This document shows positions 38,552 through 51,827 of a DNA stretch of 64,000 bases, one piece after another. The notes beneath the pieces were generated by a model that did no database searches, had not been told where the DNA came from, and was given only the letters and a program-made list of their open reading frames with translations. The number at the start of each line of letters is the position of its first letter. Positions within the stretch are counted from its first letter, which is position 1. The DNA comes from Octopus vulgaris (taxonomy: Eukaryota). Where the stretch lies: contig OX597828.1 in the NCBI GenBank assembly GCA_951406725.2, positions 38,812,001 through 38,876,000 on the forward strand, read 5' to 3'. The position numbers were made by a program, and so were the translations under genes.

Positions 38552-40218
38552 TACACAGAGAAAAAACACAGAAAGAAGGAGAGAAAAAAAATTTGCGTGC
38601 AGAAGCTAGCGAATCAAGATATATATATGGCTGCAGAGGTCAACTTAAGTATGACTACTTTTTAGATATTGACGGCACTTCATGAAGAGCAGCATCGTCA
38701 GAGGTTGCAGTCACATGCACGCAACTGAAGAATCACAACTTCAACCACTTATGTCACACTCGCTATGAGCCCTCACTAGCAAAGAAACTGTGGAAATGGT
38801 AGCAAATTCCATCAGCACAGCCATTTATAATATCTCAACAGCCATAGTGACGACAAGCATTTTTTAAAAGTCCTTTTGCTTCCCATCTACATGGTTTTAG
38901 GTTCAGTCCTTTTGCATGGTAACCTTGAGATTGTGTCTTCTACCATAGTCCAGGGCCAACCAAAGACTTGTGAATAGATTTAATAGATAGAAACTGAAAG
39001 AAGCCCATTATTTGTGTGTGTGTGTACATGTTTGTATCTCCTTGTATTGAATTCGCACAGGAGCAGACTGAGAGTATTAAGTGCCCTCAGGCATAACTGT
39101 TTACCGGGCCCCTTAGCATTGATATCAAAGTAGAGTTAACATGTAGAGTGTGGGTCCCTCAGAGCTCCGGGCCCTCAGGCAGTGTTCGATTGACCGACAT
39201 CACATGATAGTTGTAAACAAGCATCACCACACAAGTAATGTCATTTGTTTTCCCCACCCATGAAAGCTTGTCTGAGCAGAGTAAAATCACCTTGCTTGAA
39301 ACAGGTAAGGATTGGTGCCCTAGAAAATCTGGCCAACCCATGAGAGCATGAAATAATGGTTGTTAAAACAATGATGATGATGTATGTATTTGTGACTCTA
39401 AAAAGTTCTTAAGCAAGAAATTGATTCTTGTGAGTAAAGTGTGCATTGAACTGTATTCACTTTTCATATAAAATAACTTTGTTCAAGGAAACCCAACATT
39501 GGCCAGGAGGATCAGGAACTGGAGAACCTCTGGTTTTACATCAGAGAGACGTTCTGACAAAGACACAGACTCCATTACTCCTACGCTGGTCTTACAATGG
39601 GCTTGTTTACTATGTTGCTATATTTCTATGTCCCCACACACTATTTCTAATTAGCAATTGACCTTATACTGGATCCATCCATTCTTTTAACACATTTTGT
39701 TTCCGTTCTGCTGGGTTTGTAGCAAGCCTTCTTACCACGCATACCCACCACTTTAATCACCACACACACGCACATCCTCAACCAAGTAACTGACTGGTAC
39801 TTTATTTTACCAATTCCTGAAGGAAGAAATGCAAGCTGACCTTAGAAATATTTGAACTCAGAATGCAGTGAACCAGAATAAACACTGCAAGGCTTTTTGA
39901 CTGGCACTCTAAGGAGTCTGCAAATCTGACACTAAGAAGAAAAATTTTTTTAAAATTATAAACGTCAGATGCGAGGTTTAGTAACTGGATTACTGACAAA
40001 CACCTGGTAATAGGTCAAAATCTTAATGCAGTTGTGTTGTATATACATTGATAATTCTGCTTGCAACAGTTTAGCTAACCGGTATAAACAGACCTGACTC
40101 TTCTTCATACAAACACCCCAGCAACGTTAGTGTTAGCTTTGCGCTGAAGTTTTCAAATATATATTCTCACTCTATTCAGTTGTAGGCAAAACAAGATTTT
40201 ACAGCTCCTCCTCCTCTT

Positions 40219-40251
<33 letters not shown>

Positions 40252-40889
40252 ATCATTCAACCTTGAAATAGGAGTGGTAGATCTTTTTGATCTTTTTTAT
40301 TTTTATTTTTATGAAAAGTAATATGAATGAAGCAAACAAATAGAACAAGTTGTGCCTTGGAGGGAAACATCAATGGTTGGTACAGAATTTGAATGCAAAA
40401 TACAGCAATAAATAAATAAATAGATAAATAAATAAATAAAATAAAATGATTGTGTGAGAACTTTGCCTTGGAGAGAAACATCTCCAACAGCTTGGTACAG
40501 AATTTGAATTTAAAACAAATAAGATTATGTGAAAACTATAACTGCCAGTTAAGGGAGTGTACACACAAACACACATACGCACACACCCACCCTTACCACT
40601 GCCTTATGGTAAAGAGAAGTGAGGGTGGGGAATATAATCACAGTTAGATTGTGTAGGTGGTGGGGAGAAGATATTAAGAGAGTTTAATTGCAATGTTAGC
40701 AAAGTATGATTAATTCTGCTGCTATGTTGGGAAAACCGAAAGCTAAAGACTAGAAGAAAACTACTCACAAACTTGTGAGGACATTTTTAACACTGGCGAT
40801 ATTGGAAACTAAAACTCAAATATCACAACCATCTATCTCAAAACTATTTCATCATCAATAGTAGTAGTAGTAGTAGTATTGTTATTATT

Positions 40890-41456
40890 AGAATCGTTAG
40901 CACACCAGGCATTTTGTCTGTCATTACGTTGTGTGTTCTAATTCTGCAGAAGTCGACTTTGCTTTTTGCCCGAGGGGGAAGGATAAAATAAGTACCAGTT
41001 GAGTACTGAGCTCATTGTAATTGACTTACCCGCTCCCTCAGAAATTGCTGGCCTTGTGCCAAAATTTGAAACCACTGTTATAATTATTATTAAGGCAGCA
41101 ATTTGGCAGAAATGTTAGCATGTCGGGTGAAATGCTTCGCAGTATTTTGTGTGTCTTTACTGTTCTGAGTTCAAATTCTGCCAAGGTTGACTTTGCCTTT
41201 CATCCTTTCGGGATCGATAAATTAAGTACCAGTTGCGTACTGGGGTCGATCTAATCAACTGGTCCCTCCCCAAAAATTTCGGGCCTTGTGCCTAGAGTAG
41301 AAAAGATTATTATTATTCCACCAAGGTTGACTTCGCCTTTCAGGGTCGGTAAAAAAAAGTACCAGTTTGTACTGGGATCAATGTAATCAACTTATCCACT
41401 TCCCCCAAACTATTGGTTTCATGCCAAAATTTGAAATCATAATAATAATAATAATA

Positions 41457-41494
<38 letters not shown>

Positions 41495-41540
41495 GAGGGT
41501 GGAAGTTGGCAGAACTGTTAGCACATCAGACAAAATGACA
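40890..41540 (+). mobile_element. Cluster of family C SINEs separated by (ATT)n tails
   Basis: Full copy at 41093-41313 and partial copies at 40890-41075, 41318-41437 and 41497-41540. More lie at 42165-42550. Confidence 0.8.
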
Positions 41541-43331
41541 TCTCACCTGATCATTTTCTGCTACTGGTAAAGGGTGGTGCCCACACCACTTGTTGGAACA
41601 TTCTAACCCATTCTTCTTGCACAACTGCCAGGGTATTCACTCTGCTACTTTGTTATGATGTATCTTTGTCTTCCTTTCAGGCTAGTTTTCAACATCCACT
41701 AAATATATGTCTAACAACTGTCTCAGATGATTTTCCACACAGGCTACACAAAGGGGATGCTGCTGTCTTAACGCTATACTTGATTGAATTACTATGTAAA
41801 GCTTGTTCTTGAGCAGCAAGAATCAATCCTTCCATTTCCTTCTTTAACCCTTTCGTTCTTTTGAGATGCTCTGTGTTTCTTTCAATTACTTTAAATATAA
41901 CCGTGCTAGCGCGGAAAACGGACGTTAAACGATGATGATGATGATGATGAATTTAGTAAAATAACTTAGCTATCAGTCAGCTAGTGTTAGGAACATAAAT
42001 TGTGACTAAGGTTTGGTGGAAGATTTTAATTCAAAACTTATGAAAACAAGACATTTGTACTCAGAGCCAGAGCTGGTTTCAGTTGGGTTAGAAATAAAAG
42101 GGATAAAAAACATTGTCCTAACCATCCCTAAGATTCTTCATCAGCTTATTATTATTATTATAAAAGGGCTGCAAGTAGGCAGAATTGTTACTGTGCAAGA
42201 AAAAATGCTTAGCAGCATTTCTTCTCGCTCTCTACATTCTGAGTTCAAATTCCACCAAGGATGACTTAGCCACTCATCCTATCAGGAGGATCAATAAAAT
42301 AAGTACCAGGTGAGCACCAACATCAATGGAATCGACTTAACCTTCTCCTCAAATTGCTGACTTTCGGCCAAAATTTGAAACTATTATTATTATTATTATT
42401 ATTATTATCATAAGGACAGCGGATTGGCAGAATTTGTTAGTGCATCAAACAAAATGACCAATGATAATTTTTTTAGTCTCTATGTCCTTGTTTCAAATCC
42501 TACTAGGGGTGGGGGGTCAACTTTGTCTCTTATCCTTTCAGGGTTGATAGAATATACCTGTAAAAAGCTTTGGTGTGGGTGTGGGTGCTAGTGCCATGTA
42601 AAATGCACCCACTCTGTAAAGTGGTTGGTGTTAGGAAGAGCATCCAGCTGTAGAAACCAAGCCAAAACAGACTATGATACCTGGTGCAGCCCCTAGCTTC
42701 GCCAATTCCCATCAAGTCATCCAACCCATGCCGGCATAGAAAATGGACATTAAAAGTTACTGTTGATGACGATGAAGTGGAGTTGATACCATTGGACTAA
42801 TCCTCTTTCCTTAAAATTACTGGCCATATACCTAAATTAAAAACATTATTATAATACATTCTTTTCTATATTCTAAGACTTATATACATTCACAAACAAT
42901 TTACAAGCGCATGAAATTTGATGAGGCTAACAACTTAACTTTAACTTTTGTGGATGGGAGGAAGGAAGTTGATAATAGCAACCCCAGTATCCAGTCAAGT
43001 ATTGAAGAGCTAGGGCATAGAGGGGTTGGAAATATAACCAACAATTCCCTCCCACTACAGTTTTAGGCTTGTGGTGCCTAAGTTGGAAATTCATTATTTG
43101 GATTGGCAAAATGGCTTGCGGTATTTAGTTACAGCCATTGATGTTCAGAGTTCAAATGCTGCCAAAGTCAACACATACCACCAGCTTGGAAAATAAGAAG
43201 TAAAAAATGATGACATATGAACACACACACATTTCATCTTGGTCATGTCAGTCTCTCGCTACTCTGAGTTTCATCATCAGTAAAATGTAAGGGATTTTCA
43301 GGTGAGTTATATGCATGTGTATATATATGTA

Positions 43332-43387
<56 letters not shown>

Positions 43388-43457
43388 TGTTGGAATTTAC
43401 AAAAAAAAAAAAGACGAAACAGGTGTATTAGTTTAACGCTCAGGAAGGTGAGAAAGT

Positions 43458-43493
43458 CTTTTACGTTTCAGGCCTATGCTCTTCAACAGAAAG
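43458..43493 (-). ncRNA. Minimal hammerhead motif (A6U variant), stem II degraded
   Basis: Minus strand reads cttt-CTGTTGA-a-gagc-atag-gcct-GAAA-cg-TA-aaag, next to (TA)n. Confidence 0.55.
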
Positions 43494-43589
43494 GAACACG
43501 AGAAAATAAACAGAGGGAGAATAAAAAAAGCTTCAGTATGGAAACAGCCAATTATATATGTACACACATACACACCCATCATTATCATC

Positions 43590-44370
43590 ATGTGTCAATT
43601 TCTCCATGCCTGCACGGACTGGATGGGCCTCCCCCAATACAGTGGTATAATAATTATTGAAGTATTTTTTCATCTTCCTCATGCAGTTCATCTCTTAAGA
43701 TCAGCTTTGAACTCTTCATTTCATTTGAATCAGTTGACACTTCTTTATTCCAATGTCACCCTCCATATGCACCAAATGCCTGTACAAGCTCAGACTTCCC
43801 TCTGGCAAACTACACACCTAGTTCCGTTTATACCTACTTATAGTTTTTCTCTCAGTTTATTTATGTTCTATTGCTTATGCACACTAACATAACACTATGT
43901 ACATAAGCATGCTTGCCTCATTTCTTTCCATTCTTAGCACATGCTCCATATTCCCTGCCATGCAACACTGCACTTTGTGCACAAACATCATATAATCTCT
44001 CCTCCACTTGGAGAGAGAAGATATTTCCATTAGTAACAGGCCTTCTTTCTCCACTCCATTCTCAGTCTGTCCACTATATATTTGGAACACACTCCTCCCC
44101 TTTCAATTAGGCCACCTAAGTCACACAATTGTTCAGGGCACCTAGGGAGTGCTCTGAACAATTGGAAGAATTTTATTTTATGGATGCTCTTACTGCAGAC
44201 TATTCCTGTGCATCTGCAACAGAAAAGCCATTCTCTGTCAGCTTGCCAGTTATCCCACTGCAGTTCTTATGTAAGCCATAGTTTACAATGGGTACACTGT
44301 GTGGAATTCTTATCTACTCCTTTTCTGCATATTAAGTATGATTACTCCCCTGATGGCAATAGAGTCCTAT
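43590..44370 (-). pseudogene. Degenerate RTE LINE RT/C-terminal relic
   Basis: Minus-strand fragments such as RMERNEASML and an LR*KN..GI region resemble the RTE ORF after the RT core. Confidence 0.6.
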
Positions 44371-44589
44371 CCTCTTTCGAACTAATAATATATATATATA
44401 TATATACATATATACATACACACACACACACATACATATATATAAAGGTATATTCTCAAGACAAATCAAAATAAATCCTGATGTAGCTATCAGTTTATGG
44501 AACAGGGAAAGTTCATATGAAATATGGTTCCATTACTAACATACAAGGTTCTATAAATATGTAAATAATGAATACTGCAGCACCACCAC

Positions 44590-44646
<57 letters not shown>

Positions 44647-47035
44647 CACACACACATACACATATATATACAAAATGCATGTATGACTGCATGGTTGAGA
44701 AGTTCTCTTCACAACCACATGGTTTTGGGTTCAGTCCCAGTTAGGCACCTTGTGCAAATATCTTCTACTTTAGCTCCAGGCTGACAAAGACTTGTAAGAG
44801 GATTTTGTAGAAGAAAACTGAAGGAAAACCATTGTGTGTGTGTTTGTGTGTGTGCACATGTGTTTGTTAACCTCTGTGATCACTAGTATGAAAGTGCAGC
44901 AGGTAGTGTTGTTATTATCAATTACTGCCAACAAATCGTCCAGTCACTTTGTCACTTCATGCCTTCAAAGCTTGTGTAATAAGAGATGTGTTACTAGAAA
45001 ACAAATAAGGATTAACATCAGGAAGGGCATCCAACTGAAAAATAATGCTTTAAATAACAAATTCATCCAACCCATGCAAGTATGGAAAAAAAACAGATGT
45101 AAAACAAACAACCGAGCAATTGAACTAGCGTTTATCTATTTCAATTATGAACCCAGGGCTTGTTAATAGAAATAAATATTCACATGACTCCAGTATATTT
45201 TTTGGGGGTCACACACAATTGTTGCAGCCAAGCAATTCAAAAGATGTTGATATTTCACAAAAAAGTACACAAAATTAAAAAATTTTCTAAAATCTACAGT
45301 TCAGTGGGGCAACCACTATAGTTTATTCACTGGTATTATGGGTTCATGTCCAGGCATATACCTTGTTCTCTGATATGAAAATAATGATGTAAAAGAGCCT
45401 ATTAAGACTGGTTGAAGTTTCGTTAATGTTGTCATACCATGGCAGAATAATAATGTTATAGTGAAGTCTTCTATTTCATTCTATATTTATGATTGACTAC
45501 ATCTTTTCATAAAGGTAAAAATTAATAGATAACATCCTTGATGATGGAAATGATAAATGTGTATTAACAAAGAATACAGCTTTCAAAAGTGAGATTTTCT
45601 AAGGCAACCTTATGTGCTCCAATAAACAGATAAAATAAATATTAGATTTACAAAGGAGTACAGGAGTCAACATAATCAACTAAATTATTAAAGGTGGTGC
45701 CCCAACATGACCGTAATCCAATAACTGAAAGCAATAAAAGAATAATTAAATAGTAATTTAAAATACTTATTCATCACTCAATTTATCTTAGAAATAATAT
45801 GAATGTTGTGTCTATAATAAATTATGTCAATTACAGTCCATAGTTTTGTCCTGGGCTTTGTTTAACAATTACACATAAACGGTCATAGAATATTATAGAT
45901 AATAACAATAATGATAATGTATTCATCTTTCAATTAAGCAATTAGATACTAGGTGTGCTGGATTTTGACATTTCTTGATTCAAATATCTATTCAAAGAAT
46001 TTTTGTGCCAGTTCAAAGTATTTTTTTTATTGGTGGTAGTGTTTCTATAATTACTGAAAGTAGCAACCTGCAGATTGGATTCTTATTAAAGTTGAAACCC
46101 AAGAGCTTAGATAGCATCTTTTGGGACAAACAGCTCCTATTTCTTTTGAAGTTTTTTAATAGATTACAATATTGCCAAAATGAAACATTTCCAGCCCTGA
46201 AAAACGTATTTAGCATCCCAATAACACCATAGATTTTTGGCAATTTCTATTCTGCTGCTGTTGCTAAATCCAAAACCCCTTTTTTTGCTCCACATCATCT
46301 TTTTAAGAGATTAGAAGCATGCAGAGTCCTGTTCATCAGTTTACATGGTTGACAAGAGGAACCACCAACTTTTTGGGGGACTAAATTCCTGGATGGTACA
46401 CCTAATCTGTCACTTATTTTAACCCTATGTGACATGTGGGTTCTTTTAGCAGAGTCCTCTCTATTGTGAACATTTGGATCAAGTCTTTGGAAAACTTGAT
46501 AACTCAAAGCAGTTTTCTATTGCACCAATCCCTGAATTGTGATTCTTTCTTTCCTTCCCCCACTACCACTACATGTCATTATGCAACCTTGGTTTGAGTG
46601 GGCAATAATACTGTTCCACACTTTGCTATTACTCTCATCAATTTCAACTTCTATTAATATATCGGTTAGTGCACATTACTCTGTAAGGAGCATAGAACCA
46701 GTTTCCCGGTTTCTCTAGCATATATAGTCTTTCCTGGATGGGACACTGATCCGTCACCAGGATACTCCTTTTTACCAGCAGAATGGACTGGAGCAACATG
46801 AAATGAAGTGTTTTGCTCAAGAACACAATGTATCTCCAGGTCCAGGTATCGAAACCACAATCATGAGTCCAACACCCTAAACACTAAGTCATGCACCTCT
46901 ACTATCATCATCATCATTTAACATCCGTTGTCCATGCTGGCATACTGGAAGGCTACGCCAAGCTCCAGTCTCATTTGGCATGGTTTTCTATGGCTAGATG
47001 CCCTTCCTAATGCCAACCATTGGTCATTACCTCCG

Positions 47036-47265
47036 TAAGGCCCAATGCTCAAAAGGAACTCGGCCACTAACCATCATGAGGCCCAACACTCAAAAGGAAC
47101 TGAGCCACTTGCCTCCATGAGGCCCAACACTCGAAAGGAACTCAGCCACTTGCCTCTGTGAGGCCCAACGCTCTATGGGAACTCAGCCGCTTTGCTTCTG
47201 CGAGGCCCGGGCCCCTCGCTTAAAAGGAACTCAGCTATTTTGCCTCCGTGAGCCCCAACATTCAA
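47036..47265. repeat. ~42-bp minisatellite (about 6 units) inside a family B element
   Basis: Unit gaggcccaacgctcgaaaggaactcagccactttgcctccgt. About 1.5 units also occur at 48122-48185. Confidence 0.85.
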
Positions 47266-49748
47266 GGGTGATTTTCATATGTGCCACCAGCACAATAACC
47301 ACTCCTAGGACAATTACCCTTGAGGACAACAGATGATGATTTAAAACTTCTTAATATATTGGAGAGGGGGTAACTGTCCTAGTGGGTAGCTGTCATTGGG
47401 GGTGATAATTGTCCTGATATGCCCTCAGACAACACTCAACTACTCTCTGAAAAGAATAATGGAAATGTGAAACAGCAGACTAATTATGGGAAGAAAAAGA
47501 GAAAGGAATAAAAAACAGGTTATTCACAACACTGATCACACTCTGCTTCTCTGTTTGATCTGAGTTGAGTCGGAGTTAAAAATACATAACCTATATAAAT
47601 GCTTTAGCAGTAGTAATCAATTGTAAATGAATACCTAAAAGTGCATGGAGTATAGTAAAAGTTATAAAGCATAGATGCATAACATTTTGATTATGTTAAC
47701 AGAACATTAACTAGAGGTGAAACATACAATGAAGTGTTTTGCTCAAGAACACAATGCACCACCTGGTCCAGGTATTGTGAGACCACTAGTGTAAGATCAT
47801 CATCATTTAACATCCGTTGTCCATGCTGACATGGGTTGGACGGTTGGGCCGGGTTGGCACGCTGCAAGGCTGCACCAGACTCCAGTCTGATTTGGCATGG
47901 TTTTCTATGGCTGGATGCCCTTCCTAATGCCAACCACTCCAAGAGTGTAATGGGCGCTTTTAAGTACCACTGGCACAGGTACTATTTCCATGGCAGTGGG
48001 GTGCTTTTATGTGCCACCGGCATGGGTGCCAACTTGCATGACACCAGAATCTACCATGACTGCTATTTTGCTCAACTTGATGGTTCTTCTCAAGCACGAC
48101 ATAATGCCAAAGGTGTCAGTTATTGCCTCCATGAGGCCCAATGCTCAAAAAGAACTCAGCCACTTTGCCTTCGTGAGGCTCAATGGTCAGAACTTAATGA
48201 TCAATCTCCACTGGTCATTTAGTGAAGAATAGCATTTACCAATACTATACATTTGCCCTACCAATGTTCCTACACTCATGAGAAAAATATATACATGTAT
48301 ATATTACTAAATATCAGGAGACACAAGCACCTTCCCACCAACATAATAGAATTACCACTTAAATTCACCCCTCACTGTACCTTGTGGGTATGTCCTGACA
48401 CATGTCCAACACTATCTATTTCTTTTTCACTCTCATTTTGTCCTTTTGCTCTAACTCTATCTCTTTTCTCCTTTCTTTTCCTACTGGGGTAGTCAAGTAT
48501 CTCCTCTATAATAAGATACCTATCTTTATCTCTCTATTATACTTTAACCTCTCAACCAGCACAAAGCCACCTCTCTCTCCCAGCCGAGGGGTCGTTGTCT
48601 TACAAGTTACTTGGCAACCCCACTAGTGCTGGTGCTATACAATGCACTAGTGCTGATGCCATATAAAAAGCACTTAGTACACTCAGTAAAGTGGTTGGCA
48701 TTAAGAGGGGCATCCAGCCGTAGAAACCATGCCAAAGCAGACACTGAAGCCAGGTGCAGTTCTTTGGCTTGCCAGCTTCTGTCAAAGTAGCTAACCCATG
48801 CCAACAAAGAAAACGGATGTTAAATAACAATGATGATGGTATATTACCAAATATATAACAAAAGAGTTTTACATGGTATGTAAATGGAGGTGATAGATAA
48901 GATATACTTCACTATTAAGAAACCTTAACTAGGTCATAACTTATTGTTGGAGAAATAAGTCCATTCAGTTAAGTAAATAGCAACAACTGAAGCAAGCACA
49001 TGACCATCGACCATAAAAATGTTCACAATGAACAAGTTTATAACTGATAAATGACTTAGTAACTAATATTTTAAATATTTATGAGATTTTATTTAAGGAC
49101 AGTTATTTGTACATCTCACATAATGAGATGTGTTTTTGTTTTTTGTCTCTCAGTAGCCAAAATCTTTTCTAATTTAATAACATCACATTATATAAAAGAA
49201 ACATACATAAAAATCTTACTGTTCAACATTAAAACAGTCTGGATATTACTAGAAACCTATTTTGGATTACTATTCAAAAGAAAGAGTCACCACTCTACAA
49301 ACATAGACAGACTATCAAACCATGTATAATAGAGCTAACACAAAAGTCTCTAAGCAGCTACTCAACTGGCTAGAAACAGTAGCCAAACCACTCACAAAAT
49401 CATACTACTGTTTTAACCCTTTAGCATTTAACAGGCCATATCTAGCTCAACTATTTTTCCTGTTTTATGTTACAACTGGCCAGATCCAAGCTCTCACACC
49501 TACCCTATAATTACACCATCAAAACCTCAAAGTTGCAAGATAATCCATAATTACTTCAAAACAATGTGAATAAATAAGCATTACATTTGAGAGAGTAATT
49601 CAAATGCTAAAAGATTAAGAGATACATTGGAGAGTACAGTTTTGGAGTCATTATCTTTCGAAGAAAGACACAACAGTCAAGGCTGGGATGTCTTCAGTGA
49701 AAGGTCAGATCTACCAGATTTGACCTGGTACTAAACAAAAAATACAAG

Positions 49749-49944
49749 TACAGGTATCTCTCATATTACGAAAGCTTTGTATTTCTGAAAATCTTGACCA
49801 AACACAAAATGCCATAACGTAAAAACCTATTTTCCAATTGTGTTCCATGTTTTGCAACATAAAAACTCAAGAAGTCAATGAAAAAAGTGTCATACTTTAA
49901 ACCTTTTTTTTAATGCTGCTTTTGTAAGCCAAGGGATACCTGTA
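49749..49944. mobile_element. TA-flanked pogo/Tigger-like MITE
   Basis: ta-caggtatctctc ... aagggatacctg-ta. Confidence 0.65.
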
Positions 49945-50354
49945 CTACTTAGGGTCTTGTAAACTTTTTTCCTGAGAGTAAGGCTATCTGTGAAATTTTA
50001 CCTGATAAACAAACCTTTACCAAGAATAAGACATAAAACACTTGATGAAGATAAAAGGTCAAACAAATTAAAACATAGTGTAAATGCAAATATTAAAACA
50101 GTTTTCACCTGTATAGATGAGGTTACAACTCCAAATAATTATAATCTTAATTAAAGTACATTGATAATATGTCAAGTACAGACATAGAAGAAACACATTA
50201 ATTCCCAGCTTAAATGCAATTAGCATCCTATCGTCCAGCTTAGTCAAGTAGTTGGCCAGTCACAGTACAAAGTTGACCTCTTACGTAGAATTCCATAGCT
50301 TTGTTGATAGACTCAGAGCTGAACTGTAAAACTGATTAAGAAATTGTAGGCTGA

Positions 50355-50582
50355 TTATCCCTTTCGTTACCAAACAGTTGAAACCAGCTCTACCTCTGAA
50401 GTACAAATGTCTTGTTTTCGTAAGTTTTGAATTAAAATTTTCCACCAAACCTTAGTCATAACTTATGTTCCTAACCCTAACTTAATGATAACTAAGTTAT
50501 TTTACTAAATTCTTTGTTATATTTTAAATAATTGAAAGAAACACAGAGCATCTCAAAATAAATACAGTAACAAAAGGGTTAA
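50355..50582. mobile_element. TTAA-type MITE (second piggyBac-like family)
   Basis: ccctttcgttac ... gtaacaaaaggg-ttaa. Related copies lie at 41845-42090 (opposite orientation) and ~23630-23853. Confidence 0.7.
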
Positions 50583-50976
50583 TTGTGATAAACTTTGTTA
50601 AAGTAAATAGCTATAGCTGTGTGATGGTTGAACACATACAAGTATACTTCAACTTAATGTCAATAATTGATTCCAAGATATGAGATTTAAATAAAAAAAT
50701 GATGTAATACAGAAAACATTTTTAAAAAATTATTAGTTTATATCTATTTTAATAAATAGTTTGTACATATTTTTATTCGTATTTTATTTACTTTTTCATT
50801 TCAGTGGTGAATTTTTAGTGTTCTTTTAAAATTCTTATGCTTTTAAATGTTGGTTGAGACAAACATTAAGTCAGAGAAATCAACTGATTTTACATTTTTC
50901 CCCATTAATTTCTTAAAAAAAAAAAATGTAAATTGAGCGGAATCTAAGGATTAATAGCAAAGAAACATCATAATTA

Positions 50977-51827
50977 TATGTGGTCTGATCAATAAGTATC
51001 CGTACTGTTGCCATAGTAACAAAGCTAAAGCACACAGAATGAAGCTTCTTGGCACAGATTGACCTCGAACTCTACTGTGCATGCGCACTAAGTTTTAACA
51101 TTTTAGCTCACTCCCGCTGTTTACAGCAGTGCTTGGAAGGAAGGTGTGTAGCGTGTGATTATCGCATTGAACATGACAGAGAAAGTTGAGCTGAGAATCT
51201 GCATCAAATTTTGCCCAAAAGCTTGGCAATACCTGCTCAGAGGCCTATGCAAAGTTTTCAACAAGTTTTTATCATTCTCAACACAATCAAAGAGATCTTG
51301 TGCAACTGAAACCCGAATGTCTTTTTGGTCAACTGAAAGCATTTTTGGTACAAACTTGGTAGACACGCATCTCATACCCAAATTTTAAGTGATAATGGAC
51401 TGAGTTGAACCATAACTAATCTGCACATCTGATAACTCACGGATGATAATTCAACAATTTCCCCTCACAGCTGTGATGATTTTCTCAGTTCTGCTGGTTG
51501 AGGGTCTTTCAGAACATTTGTCAGTATCAACATTTTTTTAGCCATCTTGGAATGTCTGAACCACCCATACACGTTCTGCAACTTTGCGTAGGCCTCTGAG
51601 CAAGTATCACCATGACAACTTTCTCTGCCATGGTCAATGCAACGATCACACGCTACACACCTTCCTTCCAAGCGCAGTTGTAAACAGCAGAAGTGAGCTA
51701 GAATGTTAAAACTTAGTGCACATGCACAGCAGAGTTCAAGGTCAATCTTTGCCAAGCAGCTTTACTCTGCGTGCTTTAGCTTTGTTACTATGGCAATAGT
51801 CTGGATACTTATTAATCAGATCTCATA
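50977..51827. mobile_element. Fold-back mariner derivative with two 5' ends (~280-bp inverted arms)
   Basis: ta-tgtggtctgatcaataagtatccg ... ctggatacttattaatcagatctca-ta. Both arms include the transposase start (MTEKVELRICIKFC / TCSEAYAKL). The centre encodes GMRCVSTKFVPKMLSVDQKDIRVSVAQDLF on the minus strand. Confidence 0.9.

Noticed and set aside
38665-38730. Possible terminal exon ILTALHEEQHRQRLQSHARN* after tttttag
   Set aside because: Too short, with no recognisable homology or partner exons.
40353-40509. ~45-bp direct repeat flanking (AAAT)n
   Set aside because: Consistent with an ordinary local tandem duplication, with no element hallmarks.
47036-47265. Regularly spaced repeats suggesting a CRISPR array
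   Set aside because: The units are head-to-tail with no unique spacers, there are no cas genes, and they lie inside a eukaryotic retroelement.
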